This document shows, piece by piece, positions 1 to 14,177 of a DNA stretch of 64,000 nucleotides. The notes beneath the pieces are model-generated. The model saw only the letters and a program-made list of their open reading frames with translations. It searched no databases and was not told where the DNA came from. Source of the stretch: Eledone cirrhosa (taxonomy: Eukaryota); assembly GCA_964016885.1 (NCBI GenBank), contig OZ024741.1, positions 171,926,001 to 171,990,000 of the forward strand. The letters run 5' to 3'. Both the position numbers and the translations under genes were made by a program. Every line of letters begins with the position of its first letter. Position 1 is the first letter of the stretch.

Positions 1-181
1 TGCAATTGCAATGTGGTGAGGAAAACAAACAAAAAATCACACAACATCGTCCTTCAGGCGGGTTAACAAGGGACGCGTTCAGGCCTTAGGTAGAGGGGTC
101 TGCTCGAAAAATATATTTCAGTCTCCCTTTTATGCTGCAACAACTGGCAATGGGTCTGCGACCTGTCCTGAGAGGTGTGGG

Positions 182-2585
182 ATGGACGCACAAAGATTGC
201 GTATCCCGAGACCCAAAAGAAGGCCTGGAAGAGAGGAAACCTTGACAATTGGATCCTGGAACATCATAACACTGACAGATAAGGAGCGGGAACTAGTGGA
301 GGGGGCGATATGCTACCGGTTAGATATAGTCGGGGCTTCCCCAACAAAGTTCCGTAGCTTTGGTACTGTAGATTTGGATGGAGGATTGAAACACCACTGT
401 TCAGGTGTGGCACTAGAAATACCTGCACAGGTGGGAGTGGAGATATTCACAAGCCCCTAGTTGTCAGAATGTGTTATGGAATGGATCCCACTAGGAGGGA
501 GGATTTGCCTCTTGTGGCTTAAGCTGAAAGATCTCTGTGGGCGGTGCAAGTTTATGCACCAAACAAGAAGTCAGAATACAGGCCCTTCCTCGATCAAGTC
601 ACTGCAGCATTAGATATAGTAAAGACTGAGTCATATATCTTGATGGGAGCCTTCAATGCACATGTGGGCACTGACCACCTGACATGGAAATGAGTGATCG
701 GAAGGAACGGTGACCCCGATCTAAATCGAATGAAGAGGCCTTATTAGACTTCTGTTCTAGCAATGGACTTTTTATTATGAACAACTTCTTCCAGCACAGA
801 CATCCATAAACATACATTGTATAAAGGGGGCCAGGGACAGAGATCAATAATTGATTTTGTTATTGTCTCTGATCTCATCGATTCTTTGCTGAATGTTCGG
901 GTTAAGAGAGGGGTTGTGCTGTCAACTAATCGCGATCTATTTATCTGCAACTTGAGATTACCTAAATCCGAAGAAGCCCCTAAAGCTTGCAGCTCCAGGG
1001 TGGCATACAAGATAAAGTGGGAAGCATTGTTGGATAAGGAAGCAAGTGCCAGGTGTGCAGATGCTATTACATCCAAATTTAGAGAACTCCCTAAGAAAAA
1101 AATGATGACGTTGAGACAGAATGGAGATAATTTATCTCAACAGTTTCTGCTTCAGTTGTTAATTGCTGCGAGTGAATGAGGCTTGGTGTGGTGCCGGATG
1201 GCAGGAGGACCCTTTGGTTCAATCAAAAGGTCGAAGATGCCATCCAAGCAAAGAAGGAAGTCTCCAAAACCTGGCTTGGAAATAACTCCTTCTTCTTGCA
1301 CTTGCGGTGCATGCAGGTACGAAAAATCACAGCAGAAACAGTACAGGCTTCCAAAGTCAAGGCATAGTAGGTAGGCTGGAATCCAACTTCAGATCAGCAA
1401 ATAAAGTGTTCTGGTAGACTATCCGCCGTCTTCGTAATAACAAGCCCCCTTCACACTTTCTATCAAGAACCCATCTGGTGTTCTCCTCTCTTCAGAGAGG
1501 TGCATCCTCGTGAGGCGGAGAAAATACTTTGCTGATCTCCTAAACTCATCCACAACAGCATCTTCTGATGTATAGCATGTACATTTGGGAGCAGTGACTG
1601 ATCTCTCAAAGACTGAAGTCACAAGTGCAGTTAATGAGCCCAAATGTGGCAAGACCGCTGGGGAAGATGATATTCAGCCCTAAATGTTAAAAGCCTTAAA
1701 CATATAAGGTATTTCTGGTTGACTCTTGTGTGCCGGGTGGCCTGGATCTCTGGAAGAGCACCTCTGAGCAATGGTAATCGGGAAAGATAATTTCAAAAAT
1801 GGAGACAAGAGAGATTGTTCCAATTATAGAGGGATCTCCTTGTTAAACCTACCCGGTAAAATCTATGCTAAGTGTCTGGCAAAGCGGTACAGGGAGATTG
1901 TCGAGTCAAATCTAATTGCTGAACAGCAACTTTGACCAAATATTCTCATTGCGGCAAGTCTTCGAGAAATCGTGGGAGCATCGCCAAGATGTACATTCTT
2001 GCTTTGTCGACCTTGAAAAGGCATATGCTCACCGACATCGGGAGCTGCTGTGGAAGGTTGTGTAGCAGTATGGGATCGATGGTCAACTCTTCACTGCCTT
2101 GATGTCTCTATATGAATGCTCGAGTATTTGTGTTCAGATAAAAGGTGTTAAATCGAAACCAATTAATGTGGGAATCCTGTGGTCATAAATCTTGGGCAAT
2201 GCCGAAATAACACGACCGCGAATACAAGCGCCTGAAATGGAATCCCCCGAAGCGTCTATGGAGTAACGTTACTTGATAGAGTGCATTGCGTGGACTTCAG
2301 AGAATCAGTCCATATCGAGGCGCTACTTCTCAGAATTGAGAGATTACAGCTCCGATACTATTGGTTAGAATGTTTTAGGAAAGAATCACTGGACAGATGT
2401 TTACTGGCAAATCAAAACGGCAGGAGACCCGGGGGTAAACCTCGAGCAAGATAACATTCATGAGCCTGGCTAGATTCTGTTGGGGATCGAGCCGGATCTG
2501 CTGCAGAAGGTTGTTTCTGACAGGATCCACTGGAAGGATTGTTTGAAGACTCTGCTCCAACGAACCTTTCAGGAAGATGAAGATG
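182..2585 (+). mobile_element. Decayed RTE-clade LINE (APE endonuclease + RT), internally deleted
   Basis: Endonuclease motifs IGSWNIITL and SIIDFVIVS; RT motifs NYRGISLL (~1821) and FVDLEKAY (~2003); many stops/frameshifts; ends in GAAGAT units followed by (TA)n. Confidence 0.85.
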
Positions 2586-2676
<91 letters not shown>

Positions 2677-2895
2677 CATGAACCACAGAATAAACGTTCA
2701 ATTCAATAGATACATCCCCAAAAGTATAATTCAGAAATTTGATAGTGAAAGCAGGTATTTTTAAAAATAGAATGAATAAATTTAATTAAAAACCTTAGTT
2801 GTCGAGAGGCATGCGAATTTCAATGCAAGAATCAACATCCATGTTTATGATGCGTGACCTTAAGATCCGATCAGCATTTCATTACATTTGTTGTT

Positions 2896-2929
<34 letters not shown>

Positions 2930-3180
2930 GAACAATATTAATATTAGGAATAAAACTAATACTAATAAAAATAATAAATGAAATGAAATATATGAAAGGA
3001 AAACAAACTCAATCATGAATATCAAACGAAAAAAAGCGAAAAAAAACAAACAAGATAGCAAACCGAAAAAGGAAATATAAATACATAACAAAATAAAATC
3101 TTATATACGGTAACCTATTGTGTATTGTTTGAAAGGGAAAAAAAATCAAAGAAGGCATATGTGTTTAGTAAAGACAAAAT

Positions 3181-3371
3181 AATTGTTTCTACTTTTGTCA
3201 CAAGGCCAGCAATTATCCCAGTGTATTACTGGTACTTTATTTTATCGACCTCGTAAGGATGAAAGGCAAAGTTAACCTCGGTGGGATTTGAACTCAGATC
3301 ATAAAGGGCCGTAACTCTATGCTGGAAAGCATGGCGTCCCACCCTCTACCGATACTGCCAATTCACCGCCC
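3181..3371 (-). mobile_element. tRNA-derived SINE (octopod-type family)
   Basis: Reverse complement of the copy at 17429; A-box-like TGGCAGTATCGG and B-box-like GAGTTCAAATCC. Confidence 0.85.
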
Positions 3372-4149
3372 TTCGAAGACAAAATAATAAGACGAGCAAC
3401 AAATATTTATGAGAATTTGGAGATAGAAAGTAACAGGAGAAAGAAACCTACGTAAAGGATTAGAATATATATATAATGGTGTCCTTGGCCATTTGACTAC
3501 CTCCCTAATCACCACCATAGGCTCTGAGCTAGCCAACCGCTGGTGTGAGCCTCGCGATTTGGAATGGCTCTTCCAGAGCATCTTCCTTACCATCCTCCAT
3601 TCTGTCCGCCGGGGCTGTGGGGAGGCCAGCACGTGGGACCCCATTTGCTCACCATACGGAGAGATGGGGAGGGCGAGAGAGATGGGGGTGATGACAATGG
3701 GAGTTCGGCTCTTCCACGTTCGGACCATATCCTTGTGGTTGTGTTCATTATCTATAGAGTTCATTCTGTAAGTGGTTTGAAATTTTACAATGTTCCTGCT
3801 GCTATATATTATCTATTTAGGCTACTTCCGTTATGTCTGAGCGTGTTTAGTGGCAGGGTTGAAACTGCTTCCTTTTCAATATATGTTGGTGGGATCCAGG
3901 TATTAATTTTAAGTTTTTTCTTATTTTGTACATTTCAATTTTTAAGTGTGAAAATTACATTTTGAAGTGTTTGGAGCAATGATTTATTTTATTTAAATGT
4001 TGGATAAAATTTATGTTTGTGAACACTCGCTTTCTGTCTTCTTCTTCTTCTTCTTCTTCTTCTTCTTCTTCTTCTTCTTCTTCTTCTTCTTCTTCTTCTT
4101 CTATTATTGTTATTATTATTATTATCATTATTATTGTTATTCTTGGAGT

Positions 4150-4680
4150 CTCAGTCATTGATGTTATTTAACTGGAAAGTTTGTTCAAATGAACACCAAG
4201 CCGCTACCTGCAGCCTCAGATATTCAGGACGTATCGGAGGGTTCTTGCTGTTCCCAGCAAGCATGCCTTTTGAAGTGTTCCAAAAAAGAGGACTGGACTA
4301 ATGTTGTTTAACCATCCTTGAAAACTCTTTCATATTGTACCTAGTGCTTCTTATGACAATCGGGACGACCTTGATTTCATGGCAGTCCCAAATCCTTTTT
4401 GACACACCAGTTTAAATCCTGGTATCGATTAATTTTCTCCTTCTCCTTTTCTTGCACTCTTGTGTCAAAAACCACTAGGTCAGGCCTATTGTGTTCTAAT
4501 TTCTTGTGTTCACCTTCACTTGATCGTTTTCTATCACCGACTCTGGATTATGTTCATACCACTTCTATGGTAAATTATTTAGTTTGCATAAATGCCAGTG
4601 AATCCCCTTTCCTATTATACCAGCCTTTATAGTGAGTCTGGGCTAGGTTCTTACACTCGGATACGATGTGAGTCACAGTC
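4150..4680 (-). mobile_element. R4/Dong-like non-LTR retrotransposon 3' fragment (restriction-like endonuclease)
   Basis: Minus-strand translation gives HNRPDLVV, QEKEKEKINRYQDL, IKVVPIVI, LQKACLLGTARTLR, typical of RLE C-termini; adjacent to (TAA)n/(GAA)n. Confidence 0.7.
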
Positions 4681-5488
4681 TCCTCTCTCTCTCTCTCCAC
4701 GGTAGATTGGTAGAGCATCAGATAAAAGTCCATTGTGGTACTTGTTCTGGTTCTATATTCTGAGTTGAAATCCCACTGGGCTCAAACATACCTTTCATCC
4801 TCCCAGGGTTTATAAAATAAAGTAGCAATGAATGACTATGGTTAAGATAATTAACCCTAAATTCCACACTAAAAAGAATTATCTGGCTTTGTGCCTAAAT
4901 TAGAAATCATTTTTATACTATTCAACGTCGTTGTTCTTGTTACTGTAATTGATCCGCAAAAAACATGAGCTACAATGAAATACGTTTCAAGCTGTGAAGA
5001 TCATCTCTTCCTATACATTATTATTTTTTAGTATTCTAAATCCAAGAAAACACTATTCTCTACTGTAAAACGTTGCGATCAGCGAGGGGGGGGGGGGAAC
5101 TGATATTTCTGGATGTGGTTCTTTTCTGCACTGACATACAACGATGGCTGTTTCTGGCTATTGTTATGGCTTTAAGAAATCAATTTGGGGGAAGAGATTG
5201 ATGTGTTTCACTTGCAGTCATTTGAAATGTATTCTGACATAAAATAAATGAGAAAAAGAGGAGGAAAAAAGAAACATATATTTTAACCAAATTCTAAAAT
5301 AAGTCTGGCGTATTAGCTAGTCTGAAGTATTAGTTTCTATCACGTTCTTGGCAAGATTGTGATGCAAACTAATGAAAAGTGTCCCAATCTTAGGTTGCTG
5401 ACTGTACTCATCTGATGAGGTCACGAAGTCCATACAATGTAACTTGTTGGTCTGCATTTGTAATTATATACTTGTGCGTGTGTGTGCT

Positions 5489-5553
<65 letters not shown>

Positions 5554-6992
5554 GGGGTAACAAATAATAGTTATATCCAGTCCCCTTAGGTGTAGTCCAG
5601 TTGTGGTATTCCGGGTAGTGGATGATATCAACGCTAGGCTTGGTTTGACTCAACAAGGCGTATTCATAGTGATGTTGCGAGTATGCTGTAATTCCTATGT
5701 TGTAAACACTTGGAGTAATAATAAATCAGGAAAGAAGATTGACATGGTTTGCAATACAAAAAAGGTTTTTAATCTCATTGCTGACAATTGTTTCTCTGAA
5801 CTGGTAGGTCTAGAGATCGCTATTCGCTTGTTTTCACGTTACTCGATCGCCAATACAAAATTATAACCAGTCAGTTCTTCGGAGCATGCGAGAATGAAGA
5901 GAATATACAGGCATGAATGGAATATACAGGCTACTATATGAAGTAGTAATGGCATTCAGTTAGAACAATAACAACAATTACAACAATGCTAGTAATAAAT
6001 TATTTGAGGAGACCCTGACATTACATTAGGTGGGGGGTATAGTGTATCTAAGATTTCGGCGTGTAAAACTAGCTGACATGAAGCAGAAGTATAAGTTTGG
6101 CATGTCGTAGGGTGTAAGCACCTGCATACCGAAATATGGTTTCCTCAAGAATCTGTCATTTATGTATCGAGGAAATTATTTATATAATTAACTGCCAAAA
6201 TTCTATTAATTTAAAAAGCGAAATATTTAGTTCTTGCAGACATCGCCAAAGAACCACTTTCCGAAGTATTTTTAATCTATAATATTCATTACACTTTACT
6301 ACATCGTATACATCTTTAAAATGATCCTGTTATTTACTGAGGTTATTTTTTAATTTAAAATTGTTTAAATGATCTTTCTTCTTAGATTTAGTATTTTTAC
6401 CAATTGATATTCTTTTCCTAATGATACTCTTGTTAATCTATTTTTTAGATTTATATATATTTTTTTAGATTGATACTTTTAATTGATATTCTGAAAGATA
6501 TCCTCTTTACGATAGTTCTTCTAAATGCACTCGCGACTTATCGAATAATACATTTTTCCTCTCTTTAATCTTCAAACTTTTCACACATCTTTCGACGTAG
6601 ATAATATATAATTGAAATTCTTGTCCTTGAAAACATGTAATATAAAATACCTTATAATCTCACACAAAATAATATATAATTTTCCCTACATACTTTCCGC
6701 ATTTTCTAAGAAAATTATTCATCAAATCTAATTTTAATAGTGTAACAAATAACATTGGAGTTATCTTTTCCTTTACAATTAAGAAAACATAGACATAATA
6801 ACTTGTATGATAAATTATGTAATTTCGCTAAATTAATAATTTTCTGAAAATAATTTCAATGTTGGATGAAAATATTTGAATCTACAAATTGTTCTTCTCT
6901 TATAATTTGAACTACGTCTTTTTCTTAAAAATATATATGTAAAATGTAAAATCAACATCCTTCGTAACTCATATTAAAAATGTAAACAAATT

Positions 6993-7124
6993 AATTGTTT
7001 CTACTTTAAGCACAAGGCCAGCAATTACCCAGTGCATTACTGGTACTTTATTTTATCGACCCCGGCGGGATTTGAACTCAGATCGTAAAGGGACGTTACT
7101 ATGCTGGAAAGCATGGCGTCCGAC
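6993..7124 (-). mobile_element. SINE copy, internally deleted
   Basis: Same family as 17429-17613. Confidence 0.8.
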
Positions 7125-7529
7125 GTGTGTTTTATATCTATATAATCACCAATAATACTTATATTTATACACTTATTAATCTATATAGATATTTATATAC
7201 TTACACAACACCTGTTGCAATATAATAAGATAAAATGTACTTATAACCATAATTCTTCATACAATCTAATTGATATATAATATTATAAGTCATAATTTAG
7301 GTAAATATTTTTTAAATCCTGGAATCATATTCCACCACCTCAACAAACTGTTAATTCTTAATCTTTCAATCATTTTAAATTAACGTACATACAAACTTTT
7401 CTTTCTTTCTCTTTCTTCTTCCTATACATTAATATATATATATATCCTAGTAAAGAAGAAGAAGAAGAAGAAGAAGAAGAAGAAGAAGAAGAAGAAGAAG
7501 AAGAAGAAGAAGGAGAAGAAGAAGAATGT

Positions 7530-8585
7530 TTTCTTTATTAACCACAAGGTTTCACATAAAGTAGACATTAAAGACAGTACAGGACAATACAGGACGGTAC
7601 AAATGGGCATTTCTGCGTGTAAAAAAACAGAGGTTGAAATAAAATAACAAAGAAAAATTCCCCAATAGGGGGGAGACTTCCAAGGGACATTTGTGGAGAA
7701 AGCCCATTAAAAGACCCCAGTGGCCCTGACCACCAGGGCAAGTGCCCTCTCCCAGTTTTCCACCTTTAATTTACAGACACATACTCAGAGAAGGCCCATT
7801 CATTCGGGCCATACTTGCTTCTCTCACCCATCTTTCAACAAAATGCTGGGAAGAGAGCACTTCCCTCTCTACCCTGATTTTCCTTTTCAAATGAAATTTG
7901 AAAAAGTTAATCAGGGCATCACCGAAGAGGTAAGTGCTCGTCTTCAGCCCTTTCAAACGTGTCCACCATACTATCTCTTTCGCCATGGCCACCAGACAGA
8001 TAAAAACTGCCTGCCCTTCCAGACTAAAGGAAGGGGGCGGGGCAATCCTCACGATGGACTCAGCTGATAGCTGGATCCGTCCTACACGTGACAGCAGGTG
8101 TTCGACATAAACCCACAAGTCAGCAATGCTCGGACACTGGACGAGTGCGTGCAGGACGGTTTCGTCGCCCTGCGCGCATCTCGGACATGCCCGGCTGACG
8201 GCACCTCCATGCCTGTAGAGTTTATCCCGAACTGGCAAAGCTCCTCGGTAGCACTGCCAGGCCAGGGATTTCTGGAAGTTGTCCATAGGCCCCGGCCCGA
8301 AAGTCCTTCCGAAGAGATTGGTTAGTTGATTTTCGTCGACGCCTAGAGTTTCTCCAAGTACGTCGTCGCTCTTCCCCTCCACTAATCCCCTATAGAACGC
8401 CAAGGTGGAGTTTCCACCGATCACATTCCCCGATTGGTCGAGGGCTGTGAGCGCCTGAAGACATTCCAGTCTCCAAGCGCTCCCTGTCGGTCTTCGCTTG
8501 ACCCAGGACTGCAGCTCCGTCAAGGAGACGAGCTGGGGAAAAACGTGTCTTGCAAACGGCGACCACACCTGATCACCGTCGAGGA
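7530..8585 (-). mobile_element. Tx1/L1-like LINE 3' fragment (RT C-terminus, CCHC zinc finger, 3' UTR)
   Basis: ORF 7771-8568 contains LAWQCYRGALPVRDKL and CPRC..ETVLHALVQC; homologous to 33238-34822; lies between (GAA)n and (TAA)n. Confidence 0.8.
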
Positions 8586-8619
8586 AGAGTAATAATAATA
8601 ATAATGGTTTAGAGGAAAA

Positions 8620-9589
8620 CGAAAAAACATAAAAAGACCACCCGAGAAACAGGCATGAAATATGAAATACGGAAGAATGGATTCTATACAGTAATGGAAC
8701 AATTAAAACAAAAGATTTTGTCGAAAATCCTGAAGATTAGATATTTGAACATAAGAAATGATTGTTGCAAAATAAACCAAAATTCTGCACTTTTGAAGGG
8801 GGCAATGTAAATGGTGATGTTTTAATGTTGACCAGGTCACGGGGTTCTGGAATTGAATACATGAAACCCTGAGGTGCATAGGAGGGATACCAGGTGAATA
8901 GAAGCCATAAAGACAGAATTGGAAGGCGGAAAGAAGCAAAGAGCTATTATCATAAGCATAGTCAATGTGAAGGATCAAGTAGCCGAGGTACAAAACCGGA
9001 AAGCTCCTCGGTCCCGGTTGGATTCCTTGCTGTTGGATGAAGAGATACAACGCAGTTCATAAGAGACTGGCAACTCAATTGGATGGATGTGTTGAGAGAG
9101 GTAGTAACGAGAATAACAACGCTTATAATAACAGATAGAAGTACGAGAAACGTTGTGAGAAAACTACAGTTCTATAGCATGTCTGAACATAATATAGAAG
9201 GTACTCTACTGGAATATTTGCGGAGAAGGTATATACTTTTCTTTTACAGGAGAGAATATTACAAAGGGAACAAAAAGGATGCAGAAGATCTCGGGGTACC
9301 AAGGATCACCTGGGGATCGATAAGACAGTTTTGAGGCATTGTAAAAAACATTATACCAACATGTCTATGGTCTGAATTGACGTTAAGAAAGCATATGATG
9401 TGGTGTTTCATTCTTGGATTGTTGAATACCTGCAGACGTTTGGTATTGCTGAAAACATCACGCATTTTCTTCTGAAGAGTATGCTAGAGTGGAAGACCAA
9501 GCTGTGCCCGAGCAATGTATTTCTTGGAGAAGTAGAAATTAAAAGGAGTATCTTCCAAGATGACTCATTTTCACCATTACTATTTGTCA
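8620..9589 (+). mobile_element. R4/Dong-like RT fragment, cut by a SINE
   Basis: [34 protein letters not shown] and SIFQDDSFSPLLFV RT motifs. Confidence 0.75.
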
Positions 9590-9706
9590 AGGGCGGTGGA
9601 TTGGCAGTATCGGTAGAGGGTCGGACGCCATGCTTTCCAGCATAGTTACGTCCCTTTACGATCTGAGTTCAAATCCCGCCGATGTTGACTTTGCCTTTCA
9701 TCCTTA
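9590..9706 (+). mobile_element. SINE 5' half
   Basis: Near-identical to the head of 17429-17613. Confidence 0.8.
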
Positions 9707-10162
9707 CCTTCTCTAATAAAAAAAATATAAAGTAACTTGCGAAATATACGCATCCAGAGACTTTCAATAATGACCTTCGGTCTTTCACATTCACTCAATA
9801 TATATATATCTGGGAGTGTGTGTATGTATGTACATGTGTATATATAGATTTATATATATATATATGTATACATACATGTTTTCAACTTGTACAAACATTA
9901 TTTGGCGACTCAGTCTCCCTAGGGACTTTAGACAGAAGAACTGACCACTAATTTATTTTACATGTCTTTAACCCATTGACATGAATAATTATTTGGTCAG
10001 CAGCTCGTCAGCTCGTGTGTATGTGTAAGTATATATATGAGTGTGTATGCATGCATAAATGAATACAATTAAACCTATCATATAATTTTGGCTTCTATTA
10101 ATTCCCTGGGGAATTGTTTGACCAAATTCTTTGCTTATTTCTTTAATTATTTATTTTTTAAA

Positions 10163-10353
10163 TGGTGATGAATTGGCAGTATCGGTAGAGGGTTGGACGC
10201 CATGCTTTGATGCATAGAGTTACGGCCCTTGCCATTCTGAGTTCAAATCCCGCCTAGGTTAATTTTGCCTTTCATCCTTACGGGGTCGATAAAATAAAGT
10301 ACCAGTAATGCACTGGCATAATTGCTGGCCTTGTGCCAAAAGTAGAAACAATT
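10163..10353 (+). mobile_element. SINE, full length
   Basis: Same family; ends AGTAGAAACAATT. Confidence 0.85.
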
Positions 10354-10385
10354 ATTTATTTTTTAAATTTATTCTTTCTCTAAGG

Positions 10386-10675
10386 CAGTGCTACTCAAAG
10401 TGGTGGTCAGCAGACCGGGGCCGGTACGCGAGCCATCAGCTACCGGTACGCGGCCTGTGTCCAGGCCATGCTAAGAAATCATTTGAGGAATTTTTTTGTT
10501 ACTTTTTTATGTTTTGATATTGTATTATTTGTTTACAAAATAAATAGAAGATAAAAAAATGGTCAACTATTATTCGTTTCCGGTATAAATTAATATTACT
10601 ACGAATATTAGCGGTACGTAGCACATTGAAAAAAAAAATGCCGGTCCGCCACATCAGATAGTTTGAGAAGCACTG
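10386..10675. mobile_element. hAT (Charlie/MER5-like) MITE
   Basis: TIRs CAGTGCTACTCAAA / TTTGAGAAGCACTG; 8-bp TSD CTCTAAGG / CTATAAGG (7/8 match). Confidence 0.85.
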
Positions 10676-11329
10676 CTATAAGGCATTTTCTTGAAGTTCT
10701 TTTTTTGCAAGCAAAGCATTGACCTCTAAAATACTACAGTGAGCTTCTGCAATGCTACCGTGAGCCTCTGCAGTGTTACTGTGAGACCCCTGGGGGCCCA
10801 CTTGCCATTGGGCAACCTGGCAATCTGGCAACCTGGCTAGTCCGCCACTGCGTGTATGCACTGGTTAGATAGATATAGTGCGTTTATTTGCAATGTGGTT
10901 TTCTGTTGCGTCCGTACAATCAAACGAAACTGTATGTCGTGTTCCAGTGATCACATAAAATATACCTCCGTCTTACTGTATACATACATACCTCATTCAA
11001 ATCGTATAAAACTTTCGTTACAACGTAATGAATATAATGTTATCTCCGCCAATTGATTGTATGCAGTGAATAAGCTAAACAATGTATGCGTGTTCATTAA
11101 AAAAATGTAATAAAAAAAATTCTATAATAAAAGCACTATAGAAGACATTTGATTGCTTTCTCTGTGGTTGTAAATAACCGTGTTTCCGTTAACGGTCTAG
11201 ACATCATCATCATTATCATCATCCACTGCGTCTTCTCTAGTGTTATCCCCACCATTGTCGTCGTCACCTGCTTCATTATCATCTGCTACAGCGGCAGCAA
11301 CCAGTATAGATATACATTAAAGACAAACC

Positions 11330-11386
11330 ACCACCATCTACTTCACCACGACCTACACCACCACCTACACCACCATCATCATCATG

Positions 11387-11417
<31 letters not shown>

Positions 11418-11677
11418 CCACTACCACTACCACCACCACCACCGCAACCATCATCACCACCACCACCACCACCACCGCAACCACCACCACCACCACCACC
11501 ACACCATCACGACCACCACCACCACTACCACCACCACCACCACCACCACCACCACCACTACCATCATGACCACCGCTACCACCATGACCACCACCACCAC
11601 CACCACCACCACCACCACCACCACCACCATCACCACCACCATCACTACCATCACTACCACCACCACCACCATCACCA

Positions 11678-11711
<34 letters not shown>

Positions 11712-11826
11712 CACCACCACTACCACGACCACCACCACCAACAACAACAACAACAACACCACCACTACCACCACCACCACCACCACCACCACCATCACCA
11801 CCACCATCACTACCATCACTACCACT

Positions 11827-11858
<32 letters not shown>

Positions 11859-11960
11859 CAACAACACCACCATCACCACCACCATCACCACCACCACCAC
11901 CACCACCACCACCACCACCACCACCACCACCACCACCACCACCACCACCACCATTACTAT
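11330..11960. repeat. Compound (CAC/CAA/CAT)n trinucleotide microsatellite
   Basis: Direct reading; source of poly-T/poly-H/poly-G pseudo-ORFs. Confidence 0.95.
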
Positions 11961-12934
11961 TATAACAAAACGTTGTTCGAAATCTTTGAAACAGCAGAAT
12001 GGAAATCAGAAACCTTTGTAATAAACGGAAATCCATTTGACACTTCTTGATACTCTCTCGTCACCTTGACTTGACAAAATCGATTTCTGTTTGATGTGTA
12101 TCTGTACGTGTGTGGGTGTGAATATATGTGTGTACGTACATATCTGTGTTTACCGTATCGTGTGTGTGTGTATGTGTTTATTTTGTGTATATGTGTATGA
12201 GCATTATTTTCTTCTTCTTACGTTGAGTTGAACAATTCATTTCCTTCGCAGAGGAAACGTTTTAATCCTTCTTTTTTTCCTTTTTTTTTTATAGAGCTAA
12301 CAGGAGTGTGAAAGAAGCTGTACACTACTTATAGCTAAGTGTGTGTGTGCATGCGTGTGTGTGTGTGTGTGTGTGCTCGAGAGTGTGTGTGAGTATGTGT
12401 GTGATTTGGCATATTTAATGTTGTGGGATATAAAAATGTTAAATTAATTTCAATGTGTTTCATAAGAATTATCATTAACACTAATGATTTTTCAGTTCAT
12501 TAACAAAGCACTTTTGCTTCATTTTTGGTCACTATATTAGACCTAACATATATTCTTCATACAGTATATATATATATATAATATATATCGTTTCTGAATT
12601 TGTTTAGCAAGATTCTTTATCTGAAAACGTGTGTTGAAACCGATATTGTTATACTTTGGGGGGGGGGGGGTCATGTTGCCAATAAGAAACACACGCACCA
12701 CATACTTTCACTTCAATTTATTATAATAAATTAAATTTATAAATTTAGGAATTTATAAATTTCCGGTTGGTTGGTTGGTTCCACAACCAGATGATTGTTT
12801 ATATATTGTCAAAGTTCTTTCGTCACACATTCTGTGACCTCTTCAGTGACCGGGGATTCTTTTCTTTGTTTTTGTGCCTCTCCTTTGTTCTGTCCTACGC
12901 CATCTTGTTTTTGTGTATATATATATATATATAC

Positions 12935-13482
12935 TAGATATGTGTGTCTGTCAAGCTGCGTGCCAGTGGAGAAGGAGGGCAGGGTATGGAGCCAGGCACC
13001 ACTGTGGGGTTTGGAGGCCGTACGAAAACAAGCAAGGCGGTGCTGTTCGAGCTGACGCGTGAGATGTCTGAGGCCAGGCTGCACTGGATGGCATCCCAAG
13101 TGCGTTGGGGAGACTTGATGTCAACAGGAGGAGAGGTAGGAGGGACGTCTACTGGGCTAAGTCCCAGCCGGTTCCACGTCTCACAGGCGGCCTCACGTTC
13201 TCTGAACACAGAGGGTTCTGTTGTGTTTTGAAGAACCCTGCTGACGAGGACGCGGCACGAGGTTACCGACGAAAGATACGCCGGCAAAGCTAGTGAGATC
13301 GGGGACCGGAGGCCAAGGCCGCCATACCTGACAGGTAAAGTGGCCTGTTGCCACCCTATGTCGTCAAACTTGACGTTGCATATCCCCTCGGCTGCTGCTC
13401 GGATACAAGTATCGAGGTCAGCGATGAGGGATGTCTGGGTGTAGCACGGAGCGCTGCGGAGTGTATAGAGGAGCTTCGGCAT
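12935..13482 (-). mobile_element. CRE-like non-LTR retrotransposon fragment (RT thumb region)
   Basis: PKLLYTLRSAPC, WQQATLPVRYGGLGLRS, ALPAYLSS; SGAWLHTLPS..TGTQLD in a second frame. Confidence 0.75.
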
Positions 13483-13997
13483 TTGTTGGCGTGCGTTCGG
13501 AAGTCTATCACAACCTAGCTAATTTATCTAAAAGCCTTTGACTTTCTAAATTTATTTATTACTTTTTAGCTCACTGTATGTAAAAGGCGGTTTTAAGTGT
13601 TTCCAATGTTTGACGTAACAGAAATAGTTAAACCTTCTCTATAGATAATCTACTATCACATATAAATTCCAAATACTTCAGAATCAACGTATTTTAATGT
13701 AACTTTCTTCATATGAGATAAATGCAGGTGTTTTAGGCTCACGAGATAATACCTATATTCTATACCATTATCATCATCATCGTCTCACCGCATGAATCAC
13801 AATCTCGGTTTTTGTTATTCATCCTTATAAATTGCATATTTGCACCTCGAGGATTATAAGTGTAAAAAGAAACCATAAATGGAAGAGGTTTGAGATAGGA
13901 TTTGACAATCTCATTGTACTTAGCATACTAAACAGTTGCCCAAACAAGTCAAGGAACATCATATGAGTTGACCAATCGATAGAACGTAACCCATTAT

Positions 13998-14176
13998 AAT
14001 TGTTTCTACTTTTGGCACAAGGCCAGCAATTACTCAGTACATTACTGGTACTTTATTTTATCGACCCCGTAAAGATGAAAGGCAAAGTTAACCTCGGCGG
14101 GATTTGAACTCAGACCGTAAAGGGACGTAACTATGCTAGAAAGCATGGCGTCCAACCCGCTACCGATACTGCCAAT
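13998..14176 (-). mobile_element. SINE
   Basis: Same family, reverse orientation. Confidence 0.85.
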
Positions 14177-14177
14177 A

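Noticed and set aside
3363-3771. GC-rich island with overlapping ORFs
   Set aside because: No recognisable domain; probably a transposon fragment I cannot assign
11149-12036. Long poly-Thr/His/Gly/Val ORFs
   Set aside because: Translations of a (CAC)n microsatellite, open in several frames; no splice or domain evidence
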